The notes: generated by a model not told the origin, from the letters alone. A stretch of DNA of 32,000 nt from Ferroglobus placidus DSM 10642 (GCF_000025505.1 NC_013849.1:1440001-1472000), one strand, 5' to 3'; shown: positions 9,017-17,158, counted from the first letter of the stretch. Made by a program: numbers and translations.

Positions 9017-9912
9017 TCGCCGGGAGCTAAATATTCCGTTTTAAGACCTAACGGCTCTAAAGCTACCTCCTCACTCGAAATCGCAAAAACTTCACTGTCT
9101 TCAGCTACTAAAGCCGGGCGTAAACCGAGTTTGTCTTTAGCCACGCCGATCTCGTTCGGAGTTGAAATAATAAATGCGAAAGGTCCGTCCAGGCCGTTTA
9201 CGGCACTTTCCAAAGCTTCTTCGAGGCTGTATCCTTCCAGAAGCTTGTCGGCAACGTAGTGAACTATGCATTCGGTGTCGTTATCAGTTGTGAAGTAGTG
9301 TCCTTTAGCTTCAAGTCTCGCTCTCGTTTTCCAGTAGTTCGTTATCTGTCCGTTGTGCACCACTGCTATGTCCGGATACAGAAAGCTCTGGAAGGGGTGG
9401 GCGTGATATCTGTCTACTCCGCTCTCGGTTGAGAATCTTATGTGTCCTATCGCATGAGTCCCTCCTCTCTTCGATATTCCGTAAGCTTCGTCAACGTGGG
9501 TAATGTAGCCGACATCCTTGAATATCTCGAACTTCCCGGCTGAAAGGACTGAAACTCTTTCCATTGACTGCAACCTTAAAGCTAATTTTTTGAGAAGCGG
9601 AAAGTCAATTCCCTTAACGTTGAAGTCCTTGATTACGTAATCCTCTCCTTCCCTTACTGTTTCCGTTGATTTTAGCTTGGCAAATCTCTCCAAAATTTCT
9701 TCGACCTTTTCAGTCGTTTCAATTCTTTCGAAAGTGTCTCCGAGTATTTCGAGCCTTATTATAAATTCGTCCTCATCGAGGGATCGTGAGTTGTAAATCG
9801 CAACTCCCGCTCCATCCTTTCCCCTGTGCTGAAGGTTCTTCATCATTTCAACGACAATGCTACCGAGGTCATCTCTCCTCTTCTTGAAAAGAACACCGAC
9901 TATCCCGCACAT
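8995..9912 (-). CDS. Glutamate synthase class II (Ntn) glutamine amidotransferase domain protein, 305 aa
   Basis: MCGIVGV N-terminal nucleophile Cys, then ...GHIRFSTES... and VVHNGQITNY. It is first in the three-gene split GOGAT operon. Confidence 0.85.
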   Translation of the reverse strand: MCGIVGVLFKKRRDDLGSIVVEMMKNLQHRGKDGAGVAIYNSRSLDEDEFIIRLEILGDTFERIETTEKVEEILERFAKLKSTETVREGEDYVIKDFNVKGIDFPLLKKLALRLQSMERVSVLSAGKFEIFKDVGYITHVDEAYGISKRGGTHAIGHIRFSTESGVDRYHAHPFQSFLYPDIAVVHNGQITNYWKTRARLEAKGHYFTTDNDTECIVHYVADKLLEGYSLEEALESAVNGLDGPFAFIISTPNEIGVAKDKLGLRPALVAEDSEVFAISSEEVALEPLGLKTEYLAPGEWRVFRR

Positions 9913-9966
9913 CCCAACTTCCTTGATATTCGCTACTTTTAAACTTAACTGTATGCAATTGTATGG

Positions 9967-10629
9967 CTAAAGCTTCAGGAAATTTTCGAGAAGAATTTTG
10001 CAGCTTCTCTGCATCTCAGGCAAAAAAATCTTGCTATCTTCGATTATCTTCGATTTTTCCTCTTCATCCATTCCTTTCTCGTACTTCAGCCACGTTTTTA
10101 TCAAATCGAGGGTCATCTCTATGTGGAACTGTAACCCTATCGCTTTTCCCAATCTGAAAGCTTGATTTCTCACAACTTTTCCCTCGTATAGGAGCTTGCT
10201 ATCGTTTGGTAAATCAAAAGTGTCGTTGTGCCACTGGAAAACCCTCATCTTCTCGGGCAGACCTCTTGTTATCTCGTCATCTCCCACCTTCTTAACGTCA
10301 TACCAGCCGAGCTCCTTTTTGTAGGGGTAAACTTTACTTCCCATAGCACTCGCTATGAGCTGAGCACCGAGGCAGATGCCGAGGATGGGGAGATTGTTTT
10401 TTATAGCCTCTCTGATCAGGTTTTTCTCCTCGGAGAGGAAAGGATACAAATCGTCTTCGTAAGCCCCCATGGGTCCGCCCAAAATTATTATGTGAGATGC
10501 GTACCTCGCTCTAACTTCGTTCGTCTCGTACACCCTCTCGTAATCGAAAGCGATTCCCTTCTCTTCGAGTATCTTCTCTATGTATCCAAGGGGTTCAACG
10601 GGAGAGTGCTGTATTGCGACAACCTTCAC
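9967..10629 (-). CDS. Class I glutamine amidotransferase (GATase1, GuaA-N-like), 220 aa
   Basis: GTG start. GICLGAQLIA nucleophile elbow and a downstream HIE motif (QFHIEM). Confidence 0.75.
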   Translation of the reverse strand: MKVVAIQHSPVEPLGYIEKILEEKGIAFDYERVYETNEVRARYASHIIILGGPMGAYEDDLYPFLSEEKNLIREAIKNNLPILGICLGAQLIASAMGSKVYPYKKELGWYDVKKVGDDEITRGLPEKMRVFQWHNDTFDLPNDSKLLYEGKVVRNQAFRLGKAIGLQFHIEMTLDLIKTWLKYEKGMDEEEKSKIIEDSKIFLPEMQRSCKILLENFLKL

Positions 10630-10779
10630 AGCAACTCATTTCCTAAAAACTTTTTAAAGCTTTTCCTCAATTAATGAAAATTGTTAAATTTACAAGTGAC
10701 TTACATGAGCATTTTTCAATACATGTCAGGCTGAGCAGCTGAGGGGAAACTTAAAAACATACTCGTCAGATGTTTTTTC

Positions 10780-11814
10780 GTGAGGTACGTCGTCGGTTTG
10801 ATAAACAAGTACGACGCTGGAAAATTCCCGAAAGATTTAAAGGAAATGGGGATAGGCAGAGTTATTCAGCTTGCATCAAACGAAAACCCTTATCCCCCTC
10901 CGGAGGAGGTTATCGAAGCTGTTAAAAAGGAGGTTTTGTGGATAAATCGATATCCCCATCCGGAGTACAGAGATTTAAAGGAGAAGATAGCGGAATACTG
11001 TAAAGTTGATTACGGCATGATTTCCATCGGGAGTGGAGCGATGGACATTCTCAAAGTGATTGCAGACGTTCTGCTTGAGCCTTTCGATAAAGTCGTTGTG
11101 CCCATGCCTTCCTACAGCTACTACACCTTCGTTTCAATGCTGAGGGATGCTGGAGTTGAGGAGGTAATTTTTGAGGGATACAGAGTTAACGTGGAAAGTC
11201 TCTCCGGAAAGCTCGTCTTCCTCTGCTCTCCGAACAATCCGACCGGGAACACCGTAGACGAAAAAACGGTGAGAGATGCTTGCGAGAATTTCGAGTACGT
11301 TGTTTTGGACGAGGCTTACGCGGAATTTGCGGGAAAAAGCTTTGTAAAGCTTCTTGACGAATACGAGAACCTCATAATTCTCAGAACGTTCTCCAAGTAT
11401 TTCGGATTAGCGGGAATGAGAGTCGGTTACTCCCTTTCCAACGAAAGTATTGCTGAGGCTATCGAAAAAATAAGGAGTCCCTTCGCAATTTCACCGCTCG
11501 CTGCCAAAGCGGCAGAGGTCGCTCTGGATAATCTGGATTACTATGAGAGGGTTAGGAGGAAAATAGTGACGCTGAGGGAGAAAATGAGGAGGGAGCTCGA
11601 AAATTATTATTACGTTTATCCGAGCGAAGCGAACTTCTTGCTTTTCAAGCACGACAGAGAAAATTTGGTCGACGAGTTTTTGAAGAGGGGAATTATTCTA
11701 AGAGATGTGACGGGATTGAGGGGGCTCGAAGGAAATCACGTTAGGGTGACGGTTGGGAGGGAAGGAGAGGTCGAGATTTTTCTTGAAGTTTTGAGGGAAA
11801 TAAATGAAGATTAG
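10780..11814 (+). CDS. hisC: Histidinol-phosphate aminotransferase, 344 aa
   Basis: LASNENPYPPP, SPNNPTG, DEAYAEF, and FSKYFGLAGMRVGY (PLP lysine). The GTG start at 10780 is uncertain. Confidence 0.8.
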   Translation: MRYVVGLINKYDAGKFPKDLKEMGIGRVIQLASNENPYPPPEEVIEAVKKEVLWINRYPHPEYRDLKEKIAEYCKVDYGMISIGSGAMDILKVIADVLLEPFDKVVVPMPSYSYYTFVSMLRDAGVEEVIFEGYRVNVESLSGKLVFLCSPNNPTGNTVDEKTVRDACENFEYVVLDEAYAEFAGKSFVKLLDEYENLIILRTFSKYFGLAGMRVGYSLSNESIAEAIEKIRSPFAISPLAAKAAEVALDNLDYYERVRRKIVTLREKMRRELENYYYVYPSEANFLLFKHDRENLVDEFLKRGIILRDVTGLRGLEGNHVRVTVGREGEVEIFLEVLREINED

Positions 11815-12160
11815 AAGGGAGTTAATAGAGGCGTTGATTGAAGCAGCTAAGGAAACGCATCCTCACGAGTTTTTCGCTCTGCTTACAGGAAAAAGAGGAG
11901 TTATAGAGGAGTTCATCTTTATCCCCTTCGAATCTGGAGAGAACTTCGCCTCCTTTAACCTCGACTTGGTACCTTTGGGAATGAAAATTTACGGAACAGC
12001 CCACAGCCACCCGAGTTCGAATCCTTATCCGTCGAGCGAGGACTTGAGGACTTTTACTCACGGAAAAGTTCACATAATCATACACTACCCCTACTGCAAA
12101 AACTGCTGGAAGGCTTACGACAGCAGAGGAAACGAGGTTGTGCTCGAAGTTGTGGATTGA
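11804..12160 (+). CDS. JAMM/MPN+ metalloprotease domain protein, 118 aa
   Basis: E...(HPHEFF) and the JAMM motif HSHPSSNPYPSSEDL (H-x-H-x7-S-x2-D). Its ATG overlaps the hisC 3' end by 11 nt. Confidence 0.8.
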   Translation: MKIRRELIEALIEAAKETHPHEFFALLTGKRGVIEEFIFIPFESGENFASFNLDLVPLGMKIYGTAHSHPSSNPYPSSEDLRTFTHGKVHIIIHYPYCKNCWKAYDSRGNEVVLEVVD

Positions 12161-12185
12161 CAAAAGATTTACGTTGCCTACATTT

Positions 12186-12641
12186 TTACTCTTTAACGAG
12201 TTTGTAAGCTACGTAAATTACTATAGCTGTAATGCTTGCTGCTAAAATTGCAAAAAGTATAATTTCCACAGGAGTTACAGTACCGCCAAGGGGTTTTGGA
12301 GCGATATTTCTATTCTTGAACAAGAGCAATTTTGTTAAAAACACAATCACAACGAGAGTTGAAAATATAATTATTCTTAAAGACTTCTTTCTCAAAATAC
12401 TTTTTCCAGCTTCCGTCAATTCATAGTATTTCCATTTCCTGTTTGACCGAACCTTTCTAACGAATCCAGCTTTTTCAAGAAGAGAGAGATGGTAATGTAC
12501 TGTTGGTACCGATAAATTCAACAACCTTGCCAATTCTGAGGCAGTATACCTTCTTTCACTCAAATGCTTCAAAATTTTTGTCCGAAACTTGTTCATAAGA
12601 ATCTTAGCTTCCTCGACAGATATTTTGTCTTCTTCCAACAT
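12186..12641 (-). CDS. Membrane-tethered ArsR-type winged-helix regulator (N-terminal wHTH plus two C-terminal TM helices), 151 aa
   Basis: Start taken at ATG 12641 (MLEEDK...). wHTH: YTASELARLLNLSVPTVHYHLSLLEKAGFVRKV. TM1: LRIIIFSTLVVIVFLTKLLLF. Short loop: KNRNIAPKPLGGTVTP. TM2: VEIILFAILAASITAIVIYVAYKLV. Confidence 0.7.
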   Translation of the reverse strand: MLEEDKISVEEAKILMNKFRTKILKHLSERRYTASELARLLNLSVPTVHYHLSLLEKAGFVRKVRSNRKWKYYELTEAGKSILRKKSLRIIIFSTLVVIVFLTKLLLFKNRNIAPKPLGGTVTPVEIILFAILAASITAIVIYVAYKLVKE

Positions 12642-12732
12642 TTTTTGAGTGAAATTTGAAAGAACGTATAAAAATTTTACGGAAATTTTAGAAAGTCTTC
12701 TGATGATTTCGTCATAATTTTTAGTTATTTCT

Positions 12733-13542
12733 ATGTTTTTGATAGTTATGAGAAAAAGTGGTGGAGTTGAAGTAGGGATCGTTCTACTATTCGTTTTAGC
12801 AGCCATAGATGCTGTGAACGCCTATGAATATTCAATAACAATTGTTGAAGACTACGAGCACAGTTCTGACTTATGGCCATGTAACGTAGAGGACCTTACA
12901 CCTTGGGGTACAAGGGAAGCTAATGTTGTCGAAGAATGGCTCAGTAATGCTGGATGGTCCAAAGTTTTTCGTCATAAAGATAGCGGTGTTACAAAAGAGG
13001 ACTTTGGTACAAGTAATGCAGGATATCAAGGGCTAGACGAGGCGGATTTTCATTTCCACATTGGTCATGGATATAATTTACCGGTCTGGGGGACTTTCTT
13101 AGCACTCTGGAACTGGTCTCCGTGCTCGGGGGGTCTTACGATCCATCCATCTGATGTTGCTAAAAAATGGGATTTTGACAATGAGTGGGTCTTTTTGCAC
13201 AGCTGTAATGTGTTGAGCGATGTTAGTGAGTGGGGTAAAGCGCTAAAGTATTCCCACATGATTATGGGATTTTCCACAACAACGTACACAAGCACAGAAT
13301 TGCTTGATAGATTCTTTAGAGCAGCGATTGAGTGGGATTGGGATGTGTATTGGTCATATTATCATGCAACTACGGAGACTTACAAGGGTTATGATAGTAC
13401 AATTAAAGCGGTAATCATTGCAGACAATTCTGATCAGCTATATAACGATCATTTGTGGGGTCAGGGGAATGTTGAGCCAGATGAATACCCAGACGATGAT
13501 GAAGTCGTTTATAGAGAGTGGATTTGTTCGGGAGGTGAGTAA
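12733..13542 (+). CDS. Secreted hypothetical protein with clan-CD-like His-Gly / Cys dyad (candidate cysteine peptidase), 269 aa
   Basis: Signal-peptide-like N-terminus (alternative ATG at 12748: MRKSGGVEVGIVLLFVLAAIDAVNA/YE). Hydrophobic strand plus H-G (FHFHIGHG, His codon 13066-13068). Then hydrophobic strand plus S-C (WVFLHSC, Cys codon 13204-13206) 46 residues later. The family itself is not recognised. Confidence 0.55.
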   Translation: MFLIVMRKSGGVEVGIVLLFVLAAIDAVNAYEYSITIVEDYEHSSDLWPCNVEDLTPWGTREANVVEEWLSNAGWSKVFRHKDSGVTKEDFGTSNAGYQGLDEADFHFHIGHGYNLPVWGTFLALWNWSPCSGGLTIHPSDVAKKWDFDNEWVFLHSCNVLSDVSEWGKALKYSHMIMGFSTTTYTSTELLDRFFRAAIEWDWDVYWSYYHATTETYKGYDSTIKAVIIADNSDQLYNDHLWGQGNVEPDEYPDDDEVVYREWICSGGE

Positions 13543-13543
13543 A

Positions 13544-14275
13544 ATGATTTTAAGAATTATCGTCGCTATTTTACTAATTATGGCTCTTAGCACGACTCTA
13601 TATACTTGGCTAAATGACCAAAATCCGTTACCAAAATCAGTGGGTAAGGATGGAAAGATAATGTTGAAGACGAAGCTTCCAGAAATTAAAGTTGCCGCCG
13701 TATATAGGATAGTGGATGTTGAAAGGGTGTTAATCCCCCCAAAGAAAAATCTTAGAGAGGTTAAGTTCGTGCCGAGCGAAAGTGAGGCCATTAATATACT
13801 TAATAGCTACCTTAACATCTCTGGGTATAATGGTCTCGTGCTAAAAAATGTTGAGACGGTGACTACTAAAACTATAAATACAAAAACGGGAGAGATAACT
13901 AAAGTAAAGCCAGAATTTGTGAGCATAGTATATGGAAGAGAAATTAATGGAACTCCAGTAATTGGTCCGGCTGCTGACGGAATAGTTGCAGCGGTGGCGG
14001 ATAATGAAGTAATATACCTGTCAAAGCTGTGGAGAAAAGTTGAAAAAATTGGCGAAAAACGAATAATTACTGCTGAAAATGCACTTAAAAAACTTGAATA
14101 TGGAGAATTACTAAATAATCCACTTTATACTGGTACTAAGCTTGAAATTAGAGATGTGAAACTTGCCTATTATGCAGAGAACGAAAATCAGAAATACTAT
14201 AAAGTCGTCTGGCTATTTAAATGTGTAGATGAATACGGAAACTGGGTAGATATCATAGTAGATGCGAGTAGTTAA
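13544..14275 (+). CDS. N-terminally membrane-anchored protein with two PepSY-like modules, 243 aa
   Basis: ATG 13544 lies 1 nt after the upstream stop, with GGAGGTGA at 13531-13538. TM: MILRIIVAILLIMALSTTLY. C-terminal module: ITAENALKKLEYGEL...IRDVKLAYY...YYKVVWLFK...WVDIIVDASS. This resembles the PepSY pattern (helix, then strands ending in vDA). Confidence 0.5.
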   Translation: MILRIIVAILLIMALSTTLYTWLNDQNPLPKSVGKDGKIMLKTKLPEIKVAAVYRIVDVERVLIPPKKNLREVKFVPSESEAINILNSYLNISGYNGLVLKNVETVTTKTINTKTGEITKVKPEFVSIVYGREINGTPVIGPAADGIVAAVADNEVIYLSKLWRKVEKIGEKRIITAENALKKLEYGELLNNPLYTGTKLEIRDVKLAYYAENENQKYYKVVWLFKCVDEYGNWVDIIVDASS

Positions 14276-14286
14276 GGGGGTTACAA

Positions 14287-14517
14287 ATGATGATTGAACA
14301 GGAGTTTCTTAGGAACATTATTTTTCATCTCTTTATATCCAAACCTTTTAACCCACAGCAATTGTTAATCCTTTTTTCTATGATTTTTGCTGGAATTTAC
14401 CTTAAAAAGACCAAATCCGGCGTTATAAAAATCATTGGGACAATATTTGCAATCTTCGGAATTGTTGTTCTTGCAGTTAGAATTGCTGTTGTCCTTTACT
14501 TAGCTACACAAATCTAA
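14287..14517 (+). CDS. Small 2-TM membrane protein, 76 aa
   Basis: GGGGGT lies 5-10 nt upstream of the ATG. Two hydrophobic helices (LLILFSMIFAGIYL; IIGTIFAIFGIVVLAVRIAVVLYL). Last gene of the 12733-14517 operon. Confidence 0.5.
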   Translation: MMIEQEFLRNIIFHLFISKPFNPQQLLILFSMIFAGIYLKKTKSGVIKIIGTIFAIFGIVVLAVRIAVVLYLATQI

Positions 14518-14532
14518 CGTTAGTTGTTTGTG

Positions 14533-14940
14533 GTGAGATGATGAAAATACATCGAAAATTGCAATAGCTCAGGTCTCTCCAGAATATATGGAAGAAGGAG
14601 GGAAGCATCGAAAAGGCATGGGTAACAATGGAAAAAGCTGGAAAGAGAGGAGCGAAGCTGATATTTGCGGAGCTGGATCTTGAGGAGATGCTTGCAACCA
14701 AAGCTTACTTCGACTGAGCTATTTAACAGCAAATGGGATGTCATTCAGATAGTTTACAGAGCGAAAAAGAATGTTCCAATAGAGATAGTTAAATCTGCGA
14801 ATTAGGATATAATATCATCAAGGGCTATTGAAGAGGTTGTTAGAAAGTACATCACTTCCGTAGAAAAAGTTGAGGGGGCTTTTGAGCAAACTTCGAAAGG
14901 TGCTTGAAGAAAGAGGTCACGAATCTTAACGATTAAAAAT
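14533..14940 (+). pseudogene. Decayed gene remnants, possibly the N-terminal part of a carbon-nitrogen hydrolase (nitrilase superfamily) gene
   Basis: Peptide pieces sit in three different frames, separated by stops. They are ..SKIAIAQVSPEY.., ..KEGSIEKAWVTMEKAGKRGAKLIFAELDLEE.., ..FNSKWDVIQIVYRAKKNVPIEIV.., and ..AIEEVVRKYITSVEKVEGAFEQ... The KIAIAQ...GAKLIF-EL order recalls CN-hydrolase N-termini. There is no intact start. Boundaries are approximate. Confidence 0.3.
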
Positions 14941-15032
14941 TGAGAAATTTATTACCAAATAAAAACACTTCTGAAATCTGAGAATTCCGAAGCTATTTAG
15001 CTGAGGCTGAGAAATTGTTAGCAGGTGGTAGC

Positions 15033-16643
15033 ATGTACGACTTTCAGCTGATTTTGAAGCACGTACTTGAGCATGGCGTGAGATGGGCACCGAAACAGGA
15101 GATCGTTTACAGAGATCTGGTTAGATACACTTACGAAGACCTCTACGAAAGGGTTCACAGGCTTGCAAGCGCTTTGGAAGAAATTGGAGTTAAAAAGGGG
15201 ACTAAGGTGGCTGTTCTGGATTGGGACACGCATCGCTACTTAGAGTGTTACTTCGCAGTTCCCATGATGGGAGCAATTTTGCACAACGTCAACGTGAGGC
15301 TCAGTCTGGAAGACATACTTTACACGATGAAACACGCTGAGGATGAGGTAGTTCTCGTTAATCGCGAGTTCTTACCGTTGATTGAGAAGATAAAAGATAA
15401 GCTTGACACTGTAAAGAACTACGTAATTCTCACAGACGACGAAATGCCCGAAACTGATTTAACCGATTTAGAGTACGAGGAAATGCTCAAAAAAGCGAGC
15501 AAGGATTACGAATTTCCGGATCTGGATGAGAAAACAACTGCAACTCTCGGATACACTACTGGCACAACTGGAAGACCGAAAGGTGTTTACTTCAACCACC
15601 GCCAGCTTGTTCTCCACACTCTGGCTGTTGCTCTCGAGTTTGCGGCTTACGAAGACTACTGGGTCTCTTTCAGATCCAACGACGTTTACATGCCCCTCAC
15701 TCCCATGTTCCACGTTCACGCTTGGGGGATTCCCTACGTGGCAACTCTGCTCGGAGTTAAGCAGGTTTACCCCGGAAGATACGAGCCGAGGAGGATAGCG
15801 GAACTCGTGAAAAAGGAGGGAGTTACTCTAAGCCACTGCGTTCCGACAATTCTGAACATGGTACTTTCGGCTTTAAAAGAGGATGAGAGGCTCGACGGCT
15901 GGAAGGTTGTCATCGGCGGATCTAAGCTTCCGAAGGGTCTGGCTTTGAAGGCTATCGAGAAGGGAATAAAGATAACCTCTGGCTACGGAATGTCCGAAAC
16001 ATGTCCGGTTTTAACGATAGCCAAGCTTAAACCTGAGCTTCTAAGCCTGAGCGACGAGGAGAAGATTGAGTATTACGTTAAGACGGGCTTCCCAATTCCC
16101 TTCGTTTACCTGAGAGTCGTCAAGGAAGATTGGAAAGATGTCGAGCCGAACGAGAGAGATATGGGAGAAATCGTCGTGAGAGCTCCTTGGCTCACGCCGG
16201 AGTATTTGAAAGATCCGGAAAAAACGAAAGAGCTCTGGGAAGGGGGATGGCTTCACACCGGCGATATCGCAGTTGTTGACAAGCACGGCTACGTGAACAT
16301 CGTCGATAGGATAAAGGATGTCATCAAGAGCGGAGGAGAGTGGATATCCTCTCTCACTCTCGAAAGCCTGATAAGCACCCATCCAGCTGTTCAAGAAGTT
16401 GCGGTTGTAGGAATTCCGGACGAAAAGTGGGGAGAAAGACCGCTCGCTGTAATCGTGGTGAAAAAGGAGTTCGAAGGGAAGGTGAGCGAAGAGGAGATCA
16501 AAAAGCACCTGATGAAGTTCGTTGAGGAAGGTAAGATAACGAAGTGGGCTGTTCCGGACAAAATCGTTTTCGTGAACGAAATTCCGAAGACGAGTGTTGG
16601 AAAGATAAACAAGAGAGCACTGAAGGACATGTTCTCCGGCTGA
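15033..16643 (+). CDS. Medium/long-chain fatty-acid-CoA ligase (AMP-forming acyl-CoA synthetase), 536 aa
   Basis: ATG 15033 is preceded by GGTGGT. AMP-binding motif [12 protein letters not shown], then GYGMSET, TGDIA and ...[13 protein letters not shown]. Confidence 0.85.
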   Translation: MYDFQLILKHVLEHGVRWAPKQEIVYRDLVRYTYEDLYERVHRLASALEEIGVKKGTKVAVLDWDTHRYLECYFAVPMMGAILHNVNVRLSLEDILYTMKHAEDEVVLVNREFLPLIEKIKDKLDTVKNYVILTDDEMPETDLTDLEYEEMLKKASKDYEFPDLDEKTTATLGYTTGTTGRPKGVYFNHRQLVLHTLAVALEFAAYEDYWVSFRSNDVYMPLTPMFHVHAWGIPYVATLLGVKQVYPGRYEPRRIAELVKKEGVTLSHCVPTILNMVLSALKEDERLDGWKVVIGGSKLPKGLALKAIEKGIKITSGYGMSETCPVLTIAKLKPELLSLSDEEKIEYYVKTGFPIPFVYLRVVKEDWKDVEPNERDMGEIVVRAPWLTPEYLKDPEKTKELWEGGWLHTGDIAVVDKHGYVNIVDRIKDVIKSGGEWISSLTLESLISTHPAVQEVAVVGIPDEKWGERPLAVIVVKKEFEGKVSEEEIKKHLMKFVEEGKITKWAVPDKIVFVNEIPKTSVGKINKRALKDMFSG

Positions 16644-16644
16644 C

Positions 16645-16660
16645 TTTTTATTTTTTTGTT
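16645..16660 (+). terminator. Oligo-T archaeal terminator after the acyl-CoA synthetase gene
   Basis: TTTTTATTTTTTTGTT immediately follows the TGA stop. Confidence 0.5.
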
Positions 16661-16699
16661 ACAACAAGGGTTTTATTCAGCATTAAGCTTTACGAATTG

Positions 16700-17158
16700 A
16701 TGAAAAAAGTGGTAGCTACGGGAACTTTCGACATAATTCATCCGGGACACGTGAGGTTCTTAGAAGAGGCTAAGAAGCTCGGAGACTACCTTGTCGTGAT
16801 AGTGGCGAGGGAGAAAAACGTGAAGCATAAACCCAAGCCGATAATGCCTGAGGAGCAGAGGAGAAGGGTCGTCGAGGCTTTAAAGCCGGTTGACGAAGCG
16901 ATTCTCGGAGATGAAGAGGACATATTCAAACCGATCGAAAAAATTAAGCCCGACGTTATAGCTCTCGGCTACGATCAGCATTTTGACGAAGAATGGCTGA
17001 GAGAGGAGCTTAGAAAGAGGGGGATAAAGGCTGAAGTCGTGAGGATAAGAGCGAAAGAGGATTGCGAGCTTTGCAGCTCGGCAAAAATAATCGAAAGAAT
17101 TGTTACTCTCGCCTCTTCCCGACTGAAAGACTTTCAAGAACGGAAAGAGAAGCTTTAA
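16700..17158 (+). CDS. ribL: Archaeal FAD synthetase (FMN adenylyltransferase, cytidylyltransferase fold), 152 aa
   Basis: [37 protein letters not shown]...[24 protein letters not shown] matches the RibL pattern I recall from methanogens. ATG 16700 chosen because the upstream part of ORF 16544.. overlaps the acs 3' end. Confidence 0.8.
   Translation: MKKVVATGTFDIIHPGHVRFLEEAKKLGDYLVVIVAREKNVKHKPKPIMPEEQRRRVVEALKPVDEAILGDEEDIFKPIEKIKPDVIALGYDQHFDEEWLREELRKRGIKAEVVRIRAKEDCELCSSAKIIERIVTLASSRLKDFQERKEKL

Noticed and set aside
8385-9259. Long plus-strand ORFs (164 aa and 188 aa) opposite the GXGXG and amidotransferase genes
   Set aside because: They are antisense to genes with clear family motifs. 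Their translations are low-complexity (Pro/Ser/Ile-rich), mirror the Gly-rich repeats, and have no start context.
10715-10750. Tandem-looking GCTGAGCAGCTGAGG in the GATase1/hisC spacer
   Set aside because: Only two short overlapping copies with no further repeats or symmetry. There is not enough to call a regulatory site.
12642-12806. N-terminal 55-codon extension of the regulator ORF (track start 12806)
   Set aside because: The extension would overlap the divergent operon start and its promoter region, and it has no HTH-related sequence. Starting at ATG 12641 gives a normal wHTH protein.
13418-13543. Upstream extension of the PepSY-like ORF (track start 13418)
   Set aside because: It overlaps the 3' end of the preceding gene in another frame. 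ATG 13544 has a proper GGAGGTGA site and begins with the TM anchor.
14538-14544. ATGATGA resembling a C box of a C/D box sRNA
   Set aside because: There is no CTGA D or D' box at the required spacing (next CTGA is more than 100 nt away), and no terminal stem. The sequence more likely belongs to the decayed gene remnant.
16041-16508. 155-aa minus-strand ORF inside the acyl-CoA synthetase gene
   Set aside because: Antisense shadow ORF. The plus-strand frame carries the AMP-binding family motifs.
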